Below, in pieces: positions 10,073 through 19,394 of a stretch of 35,983 bases of DNA. Source of the DNA: Verrucomicrobiota bacterium (GTDB taxonomy: Bacteria; Verrucomicrobiota; Verrucomicrobiia; Opitutales; Seribacteraceae); the NCBI GenBank assembly GCA_027622665.1, contig JAQBYT010000038.1, positions 1 to 35,983 on the forward strand, written 5' to 3'. Within the stretch, counting starts at the first letter, position 1. Each line of letters opens with the position of its first letter. The notes beneath the pieces are model-generated. The model saw nothing but the letters and a program-made list of their open reading frames with translations, did not search any database and had not been told where the DNA came from. The position numbers were made by a program, and so were the translations under genes.

Positions 10073-13000
10073 TTATCCTTTTAAATTTACCTGACCCAGT
10101 ATGAGTTGCTTGATTTCGCTTATGGATAGTGCGAGTAGTTCGGAGGCAGCCATCCGGTTGCTCGGGATGGCGGGAAGGGAATCCAACTTTTCTCTTAGAA
10201 TCAGGTTGCGGTTTGCCGCGACCTCGTCCACTCGATCGATGGGAGTGAAGTGGGGTGCTGAAGCAAGGGCTTGCGGGCATTCACGGATAATTTCGCGGAT
10301 AGCGATTACGGATTCGGCAAACCGATCCAATTCCGCCTTGGTGTAACTTTCGGTGGGCTCGATCATCAAGCCGTAGACCTCCGGGAATGCCACGGTGGGA
10401 GCGTGGAAACCGAAATCCAGAAATAGCTTGCCGACCCGCGGTATGGCTTGAGCCCTGGGAATTCCCGCAGTCTCTATGCTCGCAAAATCCTCTTCATTCA
10501 GAGTGAGAATGAATTCGTGCATGCGTGGGGTGCCGATGGCGCCTGTGGGCAGGGTGGGGTAGCTTTTTCCCAGCTTTTCGAATAGGTAGCGTGAAGAAAG
10601 TACGGCTAGAGCGGACATGCGTGGCACACCTTCTTTCCCCAAGCGCAGCAGATAGGCGAGTGCCCTGACTTTGTGCCCAAAGTTTCCGTGGTGACGATGA
10701 AAAGACCCGATCGACTTCTCCGTACGAACTTGGCGAAACAAACCATCTTCGCTTCTCACCACTTGAGTGCCCGGCAAGTATTCGGCCAAACATTGCGAAA
10801 CCGCCACGATCGCATCGCCCGGTCCTCCTCCGCCATGAGGGATGGTCCAAGTCTTGTGGAGGTTGTTGTGCACGGCGTCGACACCCAGAGCCCCTAGGTT
10901 CACTTGCCCTGCGATGGCGTTCATATTTGCTCCGTCCATGTATACGAGACCTCCCGCAGCATGAACTTTGTCGGCGATTGCCTTGAAATCAGTCTCGAAA
11001 ACACCCGAGGTGTTGGGGTTGGTAATCATTACGCCGCAGAGGCGTCTTCCGTGAGTGGCGAGCTTGTTGTCGAAGTCTTCCGGATCTACTCGTCCGTCAG
11101 GTAAGGCTTCCAAATGAACGATGCCGGTCGTTGGGTCGAAGCCTGCCATGACGGCGGTGGCAAAATTGGTGCCATGAGCGGATTTCGGGATGAACACGAC
11201 ATTGCGATCATTATCGAGGCGGTCCCGATGGTAGGCTTGAAAAAGCTTCAATCCGACGAGTTCTCCCTGGGCTCCCGCCACGGGTTGAGTCGTCACTGCG
11301 GGCAAACCGGTGATTTTCACAAACCACTCCTGGATGGCATAAAGAACCTCTAGCGGCCCTTGGACGTCTTCGACGGGAGCCTGCGGGTGGGCCTCGGCAA
11401 AACCCGGAAGTCCCGCTGCCCAGTCGTTCACCAATGGGTTGTACTTCATGGTGCAGGAGCCGAGTGGATAGCAGGCGTCGTCGGGGCTGACGTTTAGCTC
11501 GGCGAGCTTTCCGTAATAGTCCCGAATTTCGGCTTCGGGGATTTCGGGTAATCCGCTCGCTCCTTGACGAAGCTGATTCGTTGGCATTTCCGGGAGGGTT
11601 ACCGATGCAGCTTCCGAGACCGGGAAGGTGACCTCGAAGAAGGACACAAGCTTTTCGAGGTCTTCTTCCGTCGTTAGGTCATTGAAGGAAATCTTTAGCA
11701 GGTTTGTGCGGGAAGATTCCGGCAGGCGTTGAGATACGTCTACGCCGATGTGAAGATCAGCCGCTCGGCCTAAGGCAATGACCTCGGAGACGGGTTTGTC
11801 GAGTTGGAGTAGCGCCTCGTTGAAGAAAGGAGTCCCCGGAAAGGCTAGTTCCACTCCTTGTCGGGCAATGAGTCGCCTGACTGTCCCGATTGCATTGGTA
11901 CGAGCGGAGGCAACGGCTTCCGCCATGCCGCTTTCTCCCTTAGCTAGAGTAGCTGCTCCTGCAAGGGTTGCGAGAAAGGCTTGGTTGGAACATACGTTGG
12001 AGGTAGCTTTTTCTTTTCTTATGTGTTGTTCCCGGGTGGACAGAACCATCACCAGGCATTCGCGACCATCCTCATCCTTCGCCTTGCCGACAAAGCGTCC
12101 GGGAGTTGCTCGAACCATATTGCGAACCTTGTCGTTGTGACGTGTGGCGAATACGCCCAGTCCCGGACCTCCGAAGTTTGACCGAATTGCCATATGTTGG
12201 GCCTCGCCCGCGAGAAAGTCAGCACCTTCCTCACCGAACTCGGACGGTGGCTTGAGTCCGCCGGCAGCAAGTAACATGGGATCGATGCAGGCTACGGACT
12301 TGACTCCCCGTTCACGGGCAAGGTCCGTCAATTTATCCACCTCTTCAAGTAGGCCTAAACTGTTCACCTGGGGGAACGCGATACATGCGAGCTCTTCCCC
12401 GAGGGCTTCTGCTTGTTGGCAAAGAGCGGAAAGATCGATTGTGCCGGTAGAGGGGTCGATGGCGGCGAAGGCAAGGGTAATGTCCGTATCGGTTGTCAGC
12501 GTGCGTAGAACTTCCAAATCTTCCGGAAAGAGCGTGTCCGCGACGATGGCAGTTGAGGAACCTCTCTTCAGTCGAATGGCGCAGCAGATGGCCTCGAAGA
12601 TGGCCATGGAGCGATCGTAAAGGGAAGAGTTCACAGCCTCGAATCCAGTGAGGGTGCTCATTACGCACTGGTAAATCCAATGCGTCATCAAGGTGCCTTG
12701 GCTTCGTTCCGGTTGGTAGGGAGTATACGAGGTGGTGAGAGGCCTAAGGTTGGAAACATAGGAGACCACGGGATGGACTTTCCAAGAGGGTAGACCGTCC
12801 CCAATGAATGACGTCCGTAGTTTCGTTTGCTCAGACATCCCGTGCAGGCTTGACTGTAGGTCTTGGTAGGAGAGTTCTTCCGGCAATTCCAAGGGTTCCG
12901 AAAATCTGACTTCGCCGGGTACGTGGGAGAAAAGGTCTTCGAGCTTTTCCACGCCCACCGTTTCTAGCATGGATTTTATGTCTTCCGCGGATGCGGAAAC

Positions 13001-13105
13001 GTAATGACGGGCAAGTTCCCTTGGGAACTCATTCGGGTCATATCCGAGTGGAGGGGGCTGGTTGCCTGAAGTTGCGTGTGGTGATTCAGCTGTCATTTTG
13101 CTCAT
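10073..13105 (-). CDS. gcvP: Glycine dehydrogenase (glycine cleavage P protein), single-chain GcvPA+GcvPB type
   Basis: TSYTPYQPE.SQG.L, TREQHIRKEKATSNVCSNQ, YPLGSCTMKYNP, QP.AGAQGE, SAHGTN.ATA, PLP-lysine motif NLHKTW.IPHGGGGPG, GFHAPT and MIEPTES. Confidence 0.96.
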   Translation of the reverse strand: MSKMTAESPHATSGNQPPPLGYDPNEFPRELARHYVSASAEDIKSMLETVGVEKLEDLFSHVPGEVRFSEPLELPEELSYQDLQSSLHGMSEQTKLRTSFIGDGLPSWKVHPVVSYVSNLRPLTTSYTPYQPERSQGTLMTHWIYQCVMSTLTGFEAVNSSLYDRSMAIFEAICCAIRLKRGSSTAIVADTLFPEDLEVLRTLTTDTDITLAFAAIDPSTGTIDLSALCQQAEALGEELACIAFPQVNSLGLLEEVDKLTDLARERGVKSVACIDPMLLAAGGLKPPSEFGEEGADFLAGEAQHMAIRSNFGGPGLGVFATRHNDKVRNMVRATPGRFVGKAKDEDGRECLVMVLSTREQHIRKEKATSNVCSNQAFLATLAGAATLAKGESGMAEAVASARTNAIGTVRRLIARQGVELAFPGTPFFNEALLQLDKPVSEVIALGRAADLHIGVDVSQRLPESSRTNLLKISFNDLTTEEDLEKLVSFFEVTFPVSEAASVTLPEMPTNQLRQGASGLPEIPEAEIRDYYGKLAELNVSPDDACYPLGSCTMKYNPLVNDWAAGLPGFAEAHPQAPVEDVQGPLEVLYAIQEWFVKITGLPAVTTQPVAGAQGELVGLKLFQAYHRDRLDNDRNVVFIPKSAHGTNFATAVMAGFDPTTGIVHLEALPDGRVDPEDFDNKLATHGRRLCGVMITNPNTSGVFETDFKAIADKVHAAGGLVYMDGANMNAIAGQVNLGALGVDAVHNNLHKTWTIPHGGGGPGDAIVAVSQCLAEYLPGTQVVRSEDGLFRQVRTEKSIGSFHRHHGNFGHKVRALAYLLRLGKEGVPRMSALAVLSSRYLFEKLGKSYPTLPTGAIGTPRMHEFILTLNEEDFASIETAGIPRAQAIPRVGKLFLDFGFHAPTVAFPEVYGLMIEPTESYTKAELDRFAESVIAIREIIRECPQALASAPHFTPIDRVDEVAANRNLILREKLDSLPAIPSNRMAASELLALSISEIKQLILGQVNLKG

Positions 13106-13421
13106 TGATGGTAAGAGTCTTTACCGTTTTTTTGCCTTGGACGTAACGAGAAATTATTCACATCCTTGAAATTGATTCTGTTTTAAGACAAGCTACTTGG
13201 GTTGAGTTGTAATAATATGCATCGGCCAGCGTATTCTTTCTCGTTGAAAAAAGTCCATACTTTTGGAAAATCCATACCATATGCCTATCGATGGATTTAT
13301 AACTTTAACCTTGTGCAAAGCTAGCCCTGAGCCAAGGTTTCATGCTTTTATTCCAATTGGGTTCTTCTCTTAAGTCCTGAGCCCCCCACGGATCATCTCC
13401 TGCCGCTAACCAAACTACGCC

Positions 13422-15545
13422 ATGCAAATTCATATTAACAAGGATGGGCAACCTTATGGACCTTATACGATCGATCAACTCAGAGAGTATGTTCAGCAAG
13501 GTCACTTCACCGAACAGGATTACGCCTGTTACGATGGCCAGAACTGGGTGACTGTTGTCCAAGTGCCCGGCTATGCCGGTGGTGCTCAACCGCAACAACC
13601 TCAGCATGATGCGCAGGCGCAGGCGCAAGCCTCCGCCCAACAAGCCCAAGCAGTCGCCCATCATCAGGCACAAGTTGCCCAAGCTCAGGCAATCGCTGCG
13701 GCTGCTACCACTGCGGCTGCCAAGAAAAAGAAGATTATTTTGTTTTCAAGCATTGGCGGAGTTGCCGCCTGCTTGATCGTCGGATTATTGATTTGGGCTC
13801 CATGGTCTGGCGGAGATGGTGAGAATGAAGATAACACCGAAGTGGCTTCAGGCGAAAGTGGTGACGATGCAGATAAGTCAACTCCCGCCGCAATAACTCC
13901 TGCCACGCCTACTGCATCTCTTCCCTTGGAGAAATATATACCGACCAATGCCGCAGGAGCCTTTGTCCTCCCGGTAACGCAGATCGTCGAGAAAGTCGGC
14001 ATTGATTCCTTGGCCGAAATGGTTCCTCCTCCTTTCAACCTCATTCTTGAGAATTACCAACAACAGGGGGTTGATTTTGCAGAACCGATACAGGCTTTTC
14101 TTATTCTGGATGCCGATGATCCTAATCAGCCCACCTTTGGCGCATTGATCAGGTTGAGCGATCCTCAAAAATTCCAAAAAGGTCTTGTCCCCTTGGTCAC
14201 TCAAGGCGCCCAGCCAACTAGCAAGGATGGGTACGATGAGTATGCCTTGGGTAATGGTTCTGATGCCGGTCTCTTGGTTGTCGCCGGTGATGTTGCTCTA
14301 GTGCTGGGGGGGGAAGGAAAAGCCGAGAACCTTCCTTCTTTGGCCAAGAATATCATCACTTCCGATGGTTCGGATTCCTTTGCAAAAGCCAGTTATGGTT
14401 ACGAGGATTTCGTAAAGGAAGGTCATGATTTGGGCTTTTGGTTAGACCTGAACAAAATATCGGAAGCATCGCCCGAGGAGATTCCCTCTGAAGCCGCAAC
14501 TCTGTTAAAGGGTGGAACAGGTGCGGTCTATCTTGATTTTGTTGATGGTGAGGCCAGCATTGCCGGAGAGTTCCATCTGGCAGAGACCGCTCCCAAATTG
14601 GGTCGTGGGGGTCTTTCCGTAGATGTAATCAAGCTAATCCCATCTGATTCTTTGGCGGCCATTTCATTGGCCTTGGACATGAAGGCCATCGAGCGCTTTA
14701 TTGAAGAAGTCGTTGTGCCAACTGCAAAAGCAGAAGGCGAGGAGATCAACCTAGACGAAATTGACCCCGACATCGGGATCAAGCCGAGGGACGTCATTCA
14801 GGCATTCAAGGGAGAATTCTCCCTTGCGGTCACTGACGTCGCCATTCCCGACGGAGGTTCGGACATACCCTTGCAGGATGCTCCCGCCGTTGCCGACCCA
14901 TTCGGTGGCGCCAAAGAAGCCCCCGGTGATCCTTTTGGCGAACCCTCCGTCACTCCCTTCCCGGGAGCAGGTGCCGCTGACGGTCCCAACGAGGAAGGTA
15001 CTGATATAGGAGATGGTGCCCCGCAGGTGGAATTCCTTTTTGCCGCAACCATAGATCCCGCCAAATGGGAAACCTTGAAGACTTCTCCACCCATCGGTAT
15101 GGCCATGGGGGGAGCAATGTTGATGGGGTTTTCAGTAATAGCCGAAAATGGAAAACTCATTGTCGCCAGCAAGAAGCATGCGGACGAAGCTAAGGCGGGC
15201 AAAGTCAGCAAAAACGTTTCCGGAGCTGAACTCGACTTGTTCCAAAAGAACGATTTTGTCCTGAAATTCGACTTGGCCAAGGCCGCTCAAATGAAAGACA
15301 CGCCGATTCCTCCTCCGGCATTCAAGGCTCTTGAAAAACTCAGCTACCTCGCGATAACTGGGACATCCAATGAAAAAGGTGGTTCCGGAGCTCTCCGCAT
15401 AGGTATGGCTGACAAAAACAAGAACAGTCTAGCCTCTTTCATGGAACTTATTCCCATGCTTCAATCCCTGGGAGGTGAAATGGAAGGGCGATCAAGTGGT
15501 TTTGACGAAGGTGGGCCTGATTTCGAAGATGCACCGAACTTCTGA
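13422..15545 (+). CDS. GYF_2-domain membrane-anchored protein with large extracytoplasmic domain
   Basis: N-terminal IHINKDGQPYGPYTIDQL......G.F...D.A..DG..W (GYF_2), then a Q/A-rich linker, KKKK plus one TM helix, and a ~570-aa acidic domain resembling PVC DUF3352/DUF4836-like proteins. Confidence 0.82.
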   Translation: MQIHINKDGQPYGPYTIDQLREYVQQGHFTEQDYACYDGQNWVTVVQVPGYAGGAQPQQPQHDAQAQAQASAQQAQAVAHHQAQVAQAQAIAAAATTAAAKKKKIILFSSIGGVAACLIVGLLIWAPWSGGDGENEDNTEVASGESGDDADKSTPAAITPATPTASLPLEKYIPTNAAGAFVLPVTQIVEKVGIDSLAEMVPPPFNLILENYQQQGVDFAEPIQAFLILDADDPNQPTFGALIRLSDPQKFQKGLVPLVTQGAQPTSKDGYDEYALGNGSDAGLLVVAGDVALVLGGEGKAENLPSLAKNIITSDGSDSFAKASYGYEDFVKEGHDLGFWLDLNKISEASPEEIPSEAATLLKGGTGAVYLDFVDGEASIAGEFHLAETAPKLGRGGLSVDVIKLIPSDSLAAISLALDMKAIERFIEEVVVPTAKAEGEEINLDEIDPDIGIKPRDVIQAFKGEFSLAVTDVAIPDGGSDIPLQDAPAVADPFGGAKEAPGDPFGEPSVTPFPGAGAADGPNEEGTDIGDGAPQVEFLFAATIDPAKWETLKTSPPIGMAMGGAMLMGFSVIAENGKLIVASKKHADEAKAGKVSKNVSGAELDLFQKNDFVLKFDLAKAAQMKDTPIPPPAFKALEKLSYLAITGTSNEKGGSGALRIGMADKNKNSLASFMELIPMLQSLGGEMEGRSSGFDEGGPDFEDAPNF

Positions 15546-15627
15546 CCTCCACTTGAGCGGCATATTTCTTTAACCTGGCGATTTCGTGAATAAAGGGCGG
15601 GACTGTCAGGGTAACTTTCTTTCCGAG

Positions 15628-16680
15628 TTACTCTTCGGGTAAGCGGCCGTTTTGCCAATTGTTTCGCTCGATTACATTTCCGGCATTGTCGTAGACGACT
15701 TCTTCACCGTGCAATTTTCCGTTGACTAACGAGGCCATGCCTTTGAGCGAGCCGCTGTCGCGAAGGATTACGAATTTGCCCGTGAATGGTTGCCCGGTCT
15801 TCTTGATGTGAACGATGTCGATGCCGCCGATCACTTGGTTTTCGAAATAATTTTCCGCCTGTGAGGTAGTGCCTCGCCAAACTACTTCGTTCTCGCCCGT
15901 GGCTGGAGCCGTTGGCAGTGGTTTGGGCTCGGGTGCTGGTACAGGAACCAGTGGAGTCGGCGGAGGTTTGGGGAGCGGAGCAAAGACTTCGGCAACTGAA
16001 GGCGGTGGGGGAGGCGGTACAGGATCGATTGTGGGTGAGGGGGTTGGGATTTCCGGAAACGGAGGTGGCGGAGGTGGCGCAGGTGGCGGTAAGGGTTCGA
16101 CTACCACGGGAGGAGTTGGCGGAATTAGTTTTGGGTCGGGAGGAGCTGGCAAAACGGGGACAGTCGACGGCTCCGGCAGTGGTTCCGGCAATGCCGGAGG
16201 TTTTCCCGCCTGCCACCTTCCCACCAGTTTTGTGCCGTCCGATCGCGTCAAGATACCTTCGCCATCCTGCAGGTCGTTAGACCAATTACCTTGATAGCGA
16301 ACTCCGTTTGCAGAGACAAACGTGCCTTCGCCGTGTCGTTTCCCGTTTAGGAATGCTCCAACGTATCCGGAGCCATCGGTCCACTTGTAGCTACCTCGCC
16401 CCGTACGTTTTCCGTTCAGGTATGCACCTTCGTAGACTTCGCCCGATTTCCAAGTGAATCGGCCTCGTCCATGTCGAGCGTCTTTTTCAAATTGTCCCTC
16501 ATATTTGGATTCATCTTTCCATGCGTAGGTGCCCATGCCGTGTTTGCGGCCCGATCGGTCCACCATTCCTTCATAGCGACCATCTGCAAAGTCGACCGTC
16601 GCCTGCTTCGATGAATTGCAGCATGACAATAACAAGGCCATTGTTGCCAATGGCACATGGACGAAATACAAGCCTTTCAT
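15628..16680 (-). CDS. MORN-repeat lipoprotein with Pro-rich linker and C-terminal MORN-variant domain
   Basis: ATG 16680 gives MKGLYFVHVPLATMALLLSC (lipobox-like). Classical MORN repeats follow (YEGQFEKDARHGRG, YEGAYLNGKRTGRG, YVGAFLNGKRHGEG, YQGNWSNDLQDGEG), then about 100 aa of poly-Pro. The longer track start overlaps the tRNA and is rejected. Confidence 0.87.
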   Translation of the reverse strand: MKGLYFVHVPLATMALLLSCCNSSKQATVDFADGRYEGMVDRSGRKHGMGTYAWKDESKYEGQFEKDARHGRGRFTWKSGEVYEGAYLNGKRTGRGSYKWTDGSGYVGAFLNGKRHGEGTFVSANGVRYQGNWSNDLQDGEGILTRSDGTKLVGRWQAGKPPALPEPLPEPSTVPVLPAPPDPKLIPPTPPVVVEPLPPPAPPPPPPFPEIPTPSPTIDPVPPPPPPSVAEVFAPLPKPPPTPLVPVPAPEPKPLPTAPATGENEVVWRGTTSQAENYFENQVIGGIDIVHIKKTGQPFTGKFVILRDSGSLKGMASLVNGKLHGEEVVYDNAGNVIERNNWQNGRLPEE

Positions 16681-16806
16681 TAAATCATAAAACAACATTC
16701 CAACATTACGGGCAAGCGTGTAAATGGATTTCCCTTGGCTTGTGTTTTCCTCATTATATTTGCTTCTTGCCGGTAAATTCGCGAAAAGGAATCCTTCAGT
16801 GTTACC

Positions 16807-16894
<88 letters not shown>

Positions 16895-16928
16895 TTTCGT
16901 TAAACTTTGTCAAAACTTCATTAGTGAC

Positions 16929-17108
16929 GTGAAAGAGGAAGATACCGAATCCGAGTTGCCCGAATGCATTGCTGATTGTTGCGCCTACCCGGCAACCTGT
17001 CTCTGGAATCGTCGCTGTATGGAGGAGGGCATGCGCGAGAGCAAAAAAGCCAAGATGGTTCGAGAGGAAACCATTGGTCGCGAGGATGGCGACGAAATGG
17101 AAAAGTGA
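16929..17108 (+). CDS. Putative small Cys-rich protein (59 aa)
   Basis: GTG 16929 gives MKEEDTESELPECIADCCAYPATCLWNRRCMEEGMRESKKAKMVREETIGREDGDEMEK. It fills the gap after tRNA-Ser, and its TGA overlaps the GTG start of the next gene (GTGA 17105-17108). Confidence 0.6.
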   Translation: MKEEDTESELPECIADCCAYPATCLWNRRCMEEGMRESKKAKMVREETIGREDGDEMEK

Positions 17109-19381
17109 AAAGTTTGCTTTCGGGCTTGGCGGCGTTGCTTGTCTTTTGCGTTTCTTGCGGCGAAGAGAATTCCTCGAGGGGAAACAAAGGTGAATCGTCG
17201 CTTGAGGGGAAGATTCGACTTATTGAAAGAGACCGGGCCGAAGCTGATCGTGAAGTCTTTTTCAACGAGACAGAAGCCCAGCGGCACGAAGCAGTATTCG
17301 TTCGGTTGTGGGATTCGATGCGAAAGGGTGAACCCTATGCCGCCTTGAGCATGTTTCCCTTCGAGAGAATGAGTATTGCTCGGTCCAAACAAACGACACC
17401 TCTCTCTTTTGGGCCATATCCGATCGAACATGTTGTTTTTACCGGGCAAATGGAAACCTTGAAACCAGAGACGACCAGAAAAATTTTAGCCGCCGTCAAA
17501 TCTTCGGGTTGGCGCATCGTACAGAGCGAATGGCATCACGTTACTTTCGTTCCTTCCACGGTCGGAAGCAACGCCCGCTCGGAAGTGTCCTTTGAGTTAC
17601 ACGCCGAGAGATCCGACATTCCCAAGCGAAGCATCTTGAAAGGAATCCTTGAGGTGACTTGGAGTAACTTGGAGAATGATCTCAAAAGCCCCATCCCGAA
17701 GAATCTTTCCGTCCAAGATTTCCAAATCTTCGGGAGCGAGGGAGCGACCCCTTTTCGGAAAATCGCGGTTATCGATCCTTCGGTCTTCGGGAAGCGACCA
17801 TCCTGTACCCCTTTTCTGGCACAAGACTTGAATGGCGACGGCCTTTCCGAAATCGTTCTTGCCGGAGCCAATCTGCTTTTTCTTAACCGAGGTAGCGGAC
17901 GTTTCGATCAGGCCGATTTTTTAAAAAAATCGCCGCAGGCACCTCTCAACGTAGGTGTACTTGCGGATTTTACTGGGGATGGTCGCATCGACTTTGTGGG
18001 AGCGTCGGAAAAGGCTTCCGACCTGCTTCTTTTCGAAGGAGACGAAGTCGGCAATTTCGAGAAGGCTGGACGATCATGTTTAGCCGGCAATTTCGTTCAC
18101 CCCCAAACCCTTACCGTCGGTGACGTGGATGGGGATGGCGACTTGGACTTGTTTCTAGGTCAGTACCGATCCCCTTATCTTGATGGTTCCATGCCCACGC
18201 CTTTTCATGATGCAAATGACGGCTATCCCGATTTCTTGCTTATCAACGACGGAACAGGCAAGTTCACCGACTTGACGGAATCCTCCGGGTTGGCGGTTAA
18301 GCGCAACCGCCGAACCTATGCTTCAAGTTTAGTGGATTTGGATGATGACGGAGATCTCGACCTTGCAGTAACTGCGGACTTTGCAGGGTTGGACCTTTAT
18401 GCCAACGACGGTATGGGCCACTTTCAAGATGTGACCGCAACTTGGGCGCCGCAACGGCATGGTTTCGGCATGTCGCATGTTTTTGGGGATCTTAACCGTG
18501 ACGGTCGGCAGGATCTCTATTTCGTGGGCATGAGCTCGACTACTGCCCGTCGATTGGATCGATTGGGGATCACTCGAGCAGGTTTCCAGGAATACTCTCG
18601 CATGCGGGCTCCGATGACCTTTGGAAACCGTTTGCTTTTCGGCCAACCCGAGGGCGGCTTTCGCCAAGCTCCGATTGCCGATAAGGTGGCAAGGACGGGA
18701 TGGGCATGGGGGTCTGCCGCTCAGGATTTCGACAACGATGGCGACCTCGACCTTTTTGTGGCCAATGGGCATCTTAGCGGTAAGTCCTCACACGATTATT
18801 GCACCACTTATTGGTGTCACGACTTGTACGAGGGAAACTCTTCGAAAAACCCAATTCTGAAATCTTTTTTCGATCGTCAATTCAAAGGTGGTGTTGGCCA
18901 GTCCATTTCGTGGAACGGTTACGAGCATAACGCTCTCTTTCTCAACAAAGGCTATGGCGAAGATTTTCTCGGTGTCGGTTTTCTGCTCGGTGTTGCGGGC
19001 GAGTTTGATTCGCGTTCCGTCCTCACGGACGATCAGGACGGGGATGGTCTAGTCGACTTGCTGGTGGTGGAGTACGACACAAAGACCTTCGGCCAGCGCG
19101 TCCACGTCTACCGAAACGAGTGGCCGAATGCGGGCAACTGGATTGGGGTGCGTCTGCGTGGGTTGGCTATTGGCGCCAAGGTTACGGTCAAGGCAGGAGA
19201 AAAGGTTTGGTCGCGGGGTCTAGTTACGGGAGATTCCTTTTCGACCCAAAAGGCGAATGTCGTTCACTTCGGCATAGGGGAACTTGACACCGTTGATTAC
19301 TTGGAGGTGCGTTGGCCGGGTGGGGAAGTCACCAGATTGCCGACTCCCAAGACGAACTTTTACCACGTCGTCGCCCGCTGA
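17105..19381 (+). CDS. CRTAC1-family FG-GAP/VCBS repeat + ASPIC/UnbV lipoprotein
   Basis: GTG 17105 gives MKSLLSGLAALLVFCVSC (lipobox). Repeated D-x-D/N-x-DG-x-x-D motifs, GWAWG...DFDNDGDLDLFVANG, and C-terminal AIGAKV.V ... VHFGIG ... VRWPGG. Confidence 0.88.
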   Translation: MKSLLSGLAALLVFCVSCGEENSSRGNKGESSLEGKIRLIERDRAEADREVFFNETEAQRHEAVFVRLWDSMRKGEPYAALSMFPFERMSIARSKQTTPLSFGPYPIEHVVFTGQMETLKPETTRKILAAVKSSGWRIVQSEWHHVTFVPSTVGSNARSEVSFELHAERSDIPKRSILKGILEVTWSNLENDLKSPIPKNLSVQDFQIFGSEGATPFRKIAVIDPSVFGKRPSCTPFLAQDLNGDGLSEIVLAGANLLFLNRGSGRFDQADFLKKSPQAPLNVGVLADFTGDGRIDFVGASEKASDLLLFEGDEVGNFEKAGRSCLAGNFVHPQTLTVGDVDGDGDLDLFLGQYRSPYLDGSMPTPFHDANDGYPDFLLINDGTGKFTDLTESSGLAVKRNRRTYASSLVDLDDDGDLDLAVTADFAGLDLYANDGMGHFQDVTATWAPQRHGFGMSHVFGDLNRDGRQDLYFVGMSSTTARRLDRLGITRAGFQEYSRMRAPMTFGNRLLFGQPEGGFRQAPIADKVARTGWAWGSAAQDFDNDGDLDLFVANGHLSGKSSHDYCTTYWCHDLYEGNSSKNPILKSFFDRQFKGGVGQSISWNGYEHNALFLNKGYGEDFLGVGFLLGVAGEFDSRSVLTDDQDGDGLVDLLVVEYDTKTFGQRVHVYRNEWPNAGNWIGVRLRGLAIGAKVTVKAGEKVWSRGLVTGDSFSTQKANVVHFGIGELDTVDYLEVRWPGGEVTRLPTPKTNFYHVVAR

Positions 19382-19394
19382 CTCCGCCGCAAAC

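Noticed and set aside
13106..13421. Glycine riboswitch upstream of gcvP
   Set aside because: No GGAGA...CCGAAG...CTCTCAGG aptamer pattern on the minus strand; the region is an AT-rich divergent promoter.
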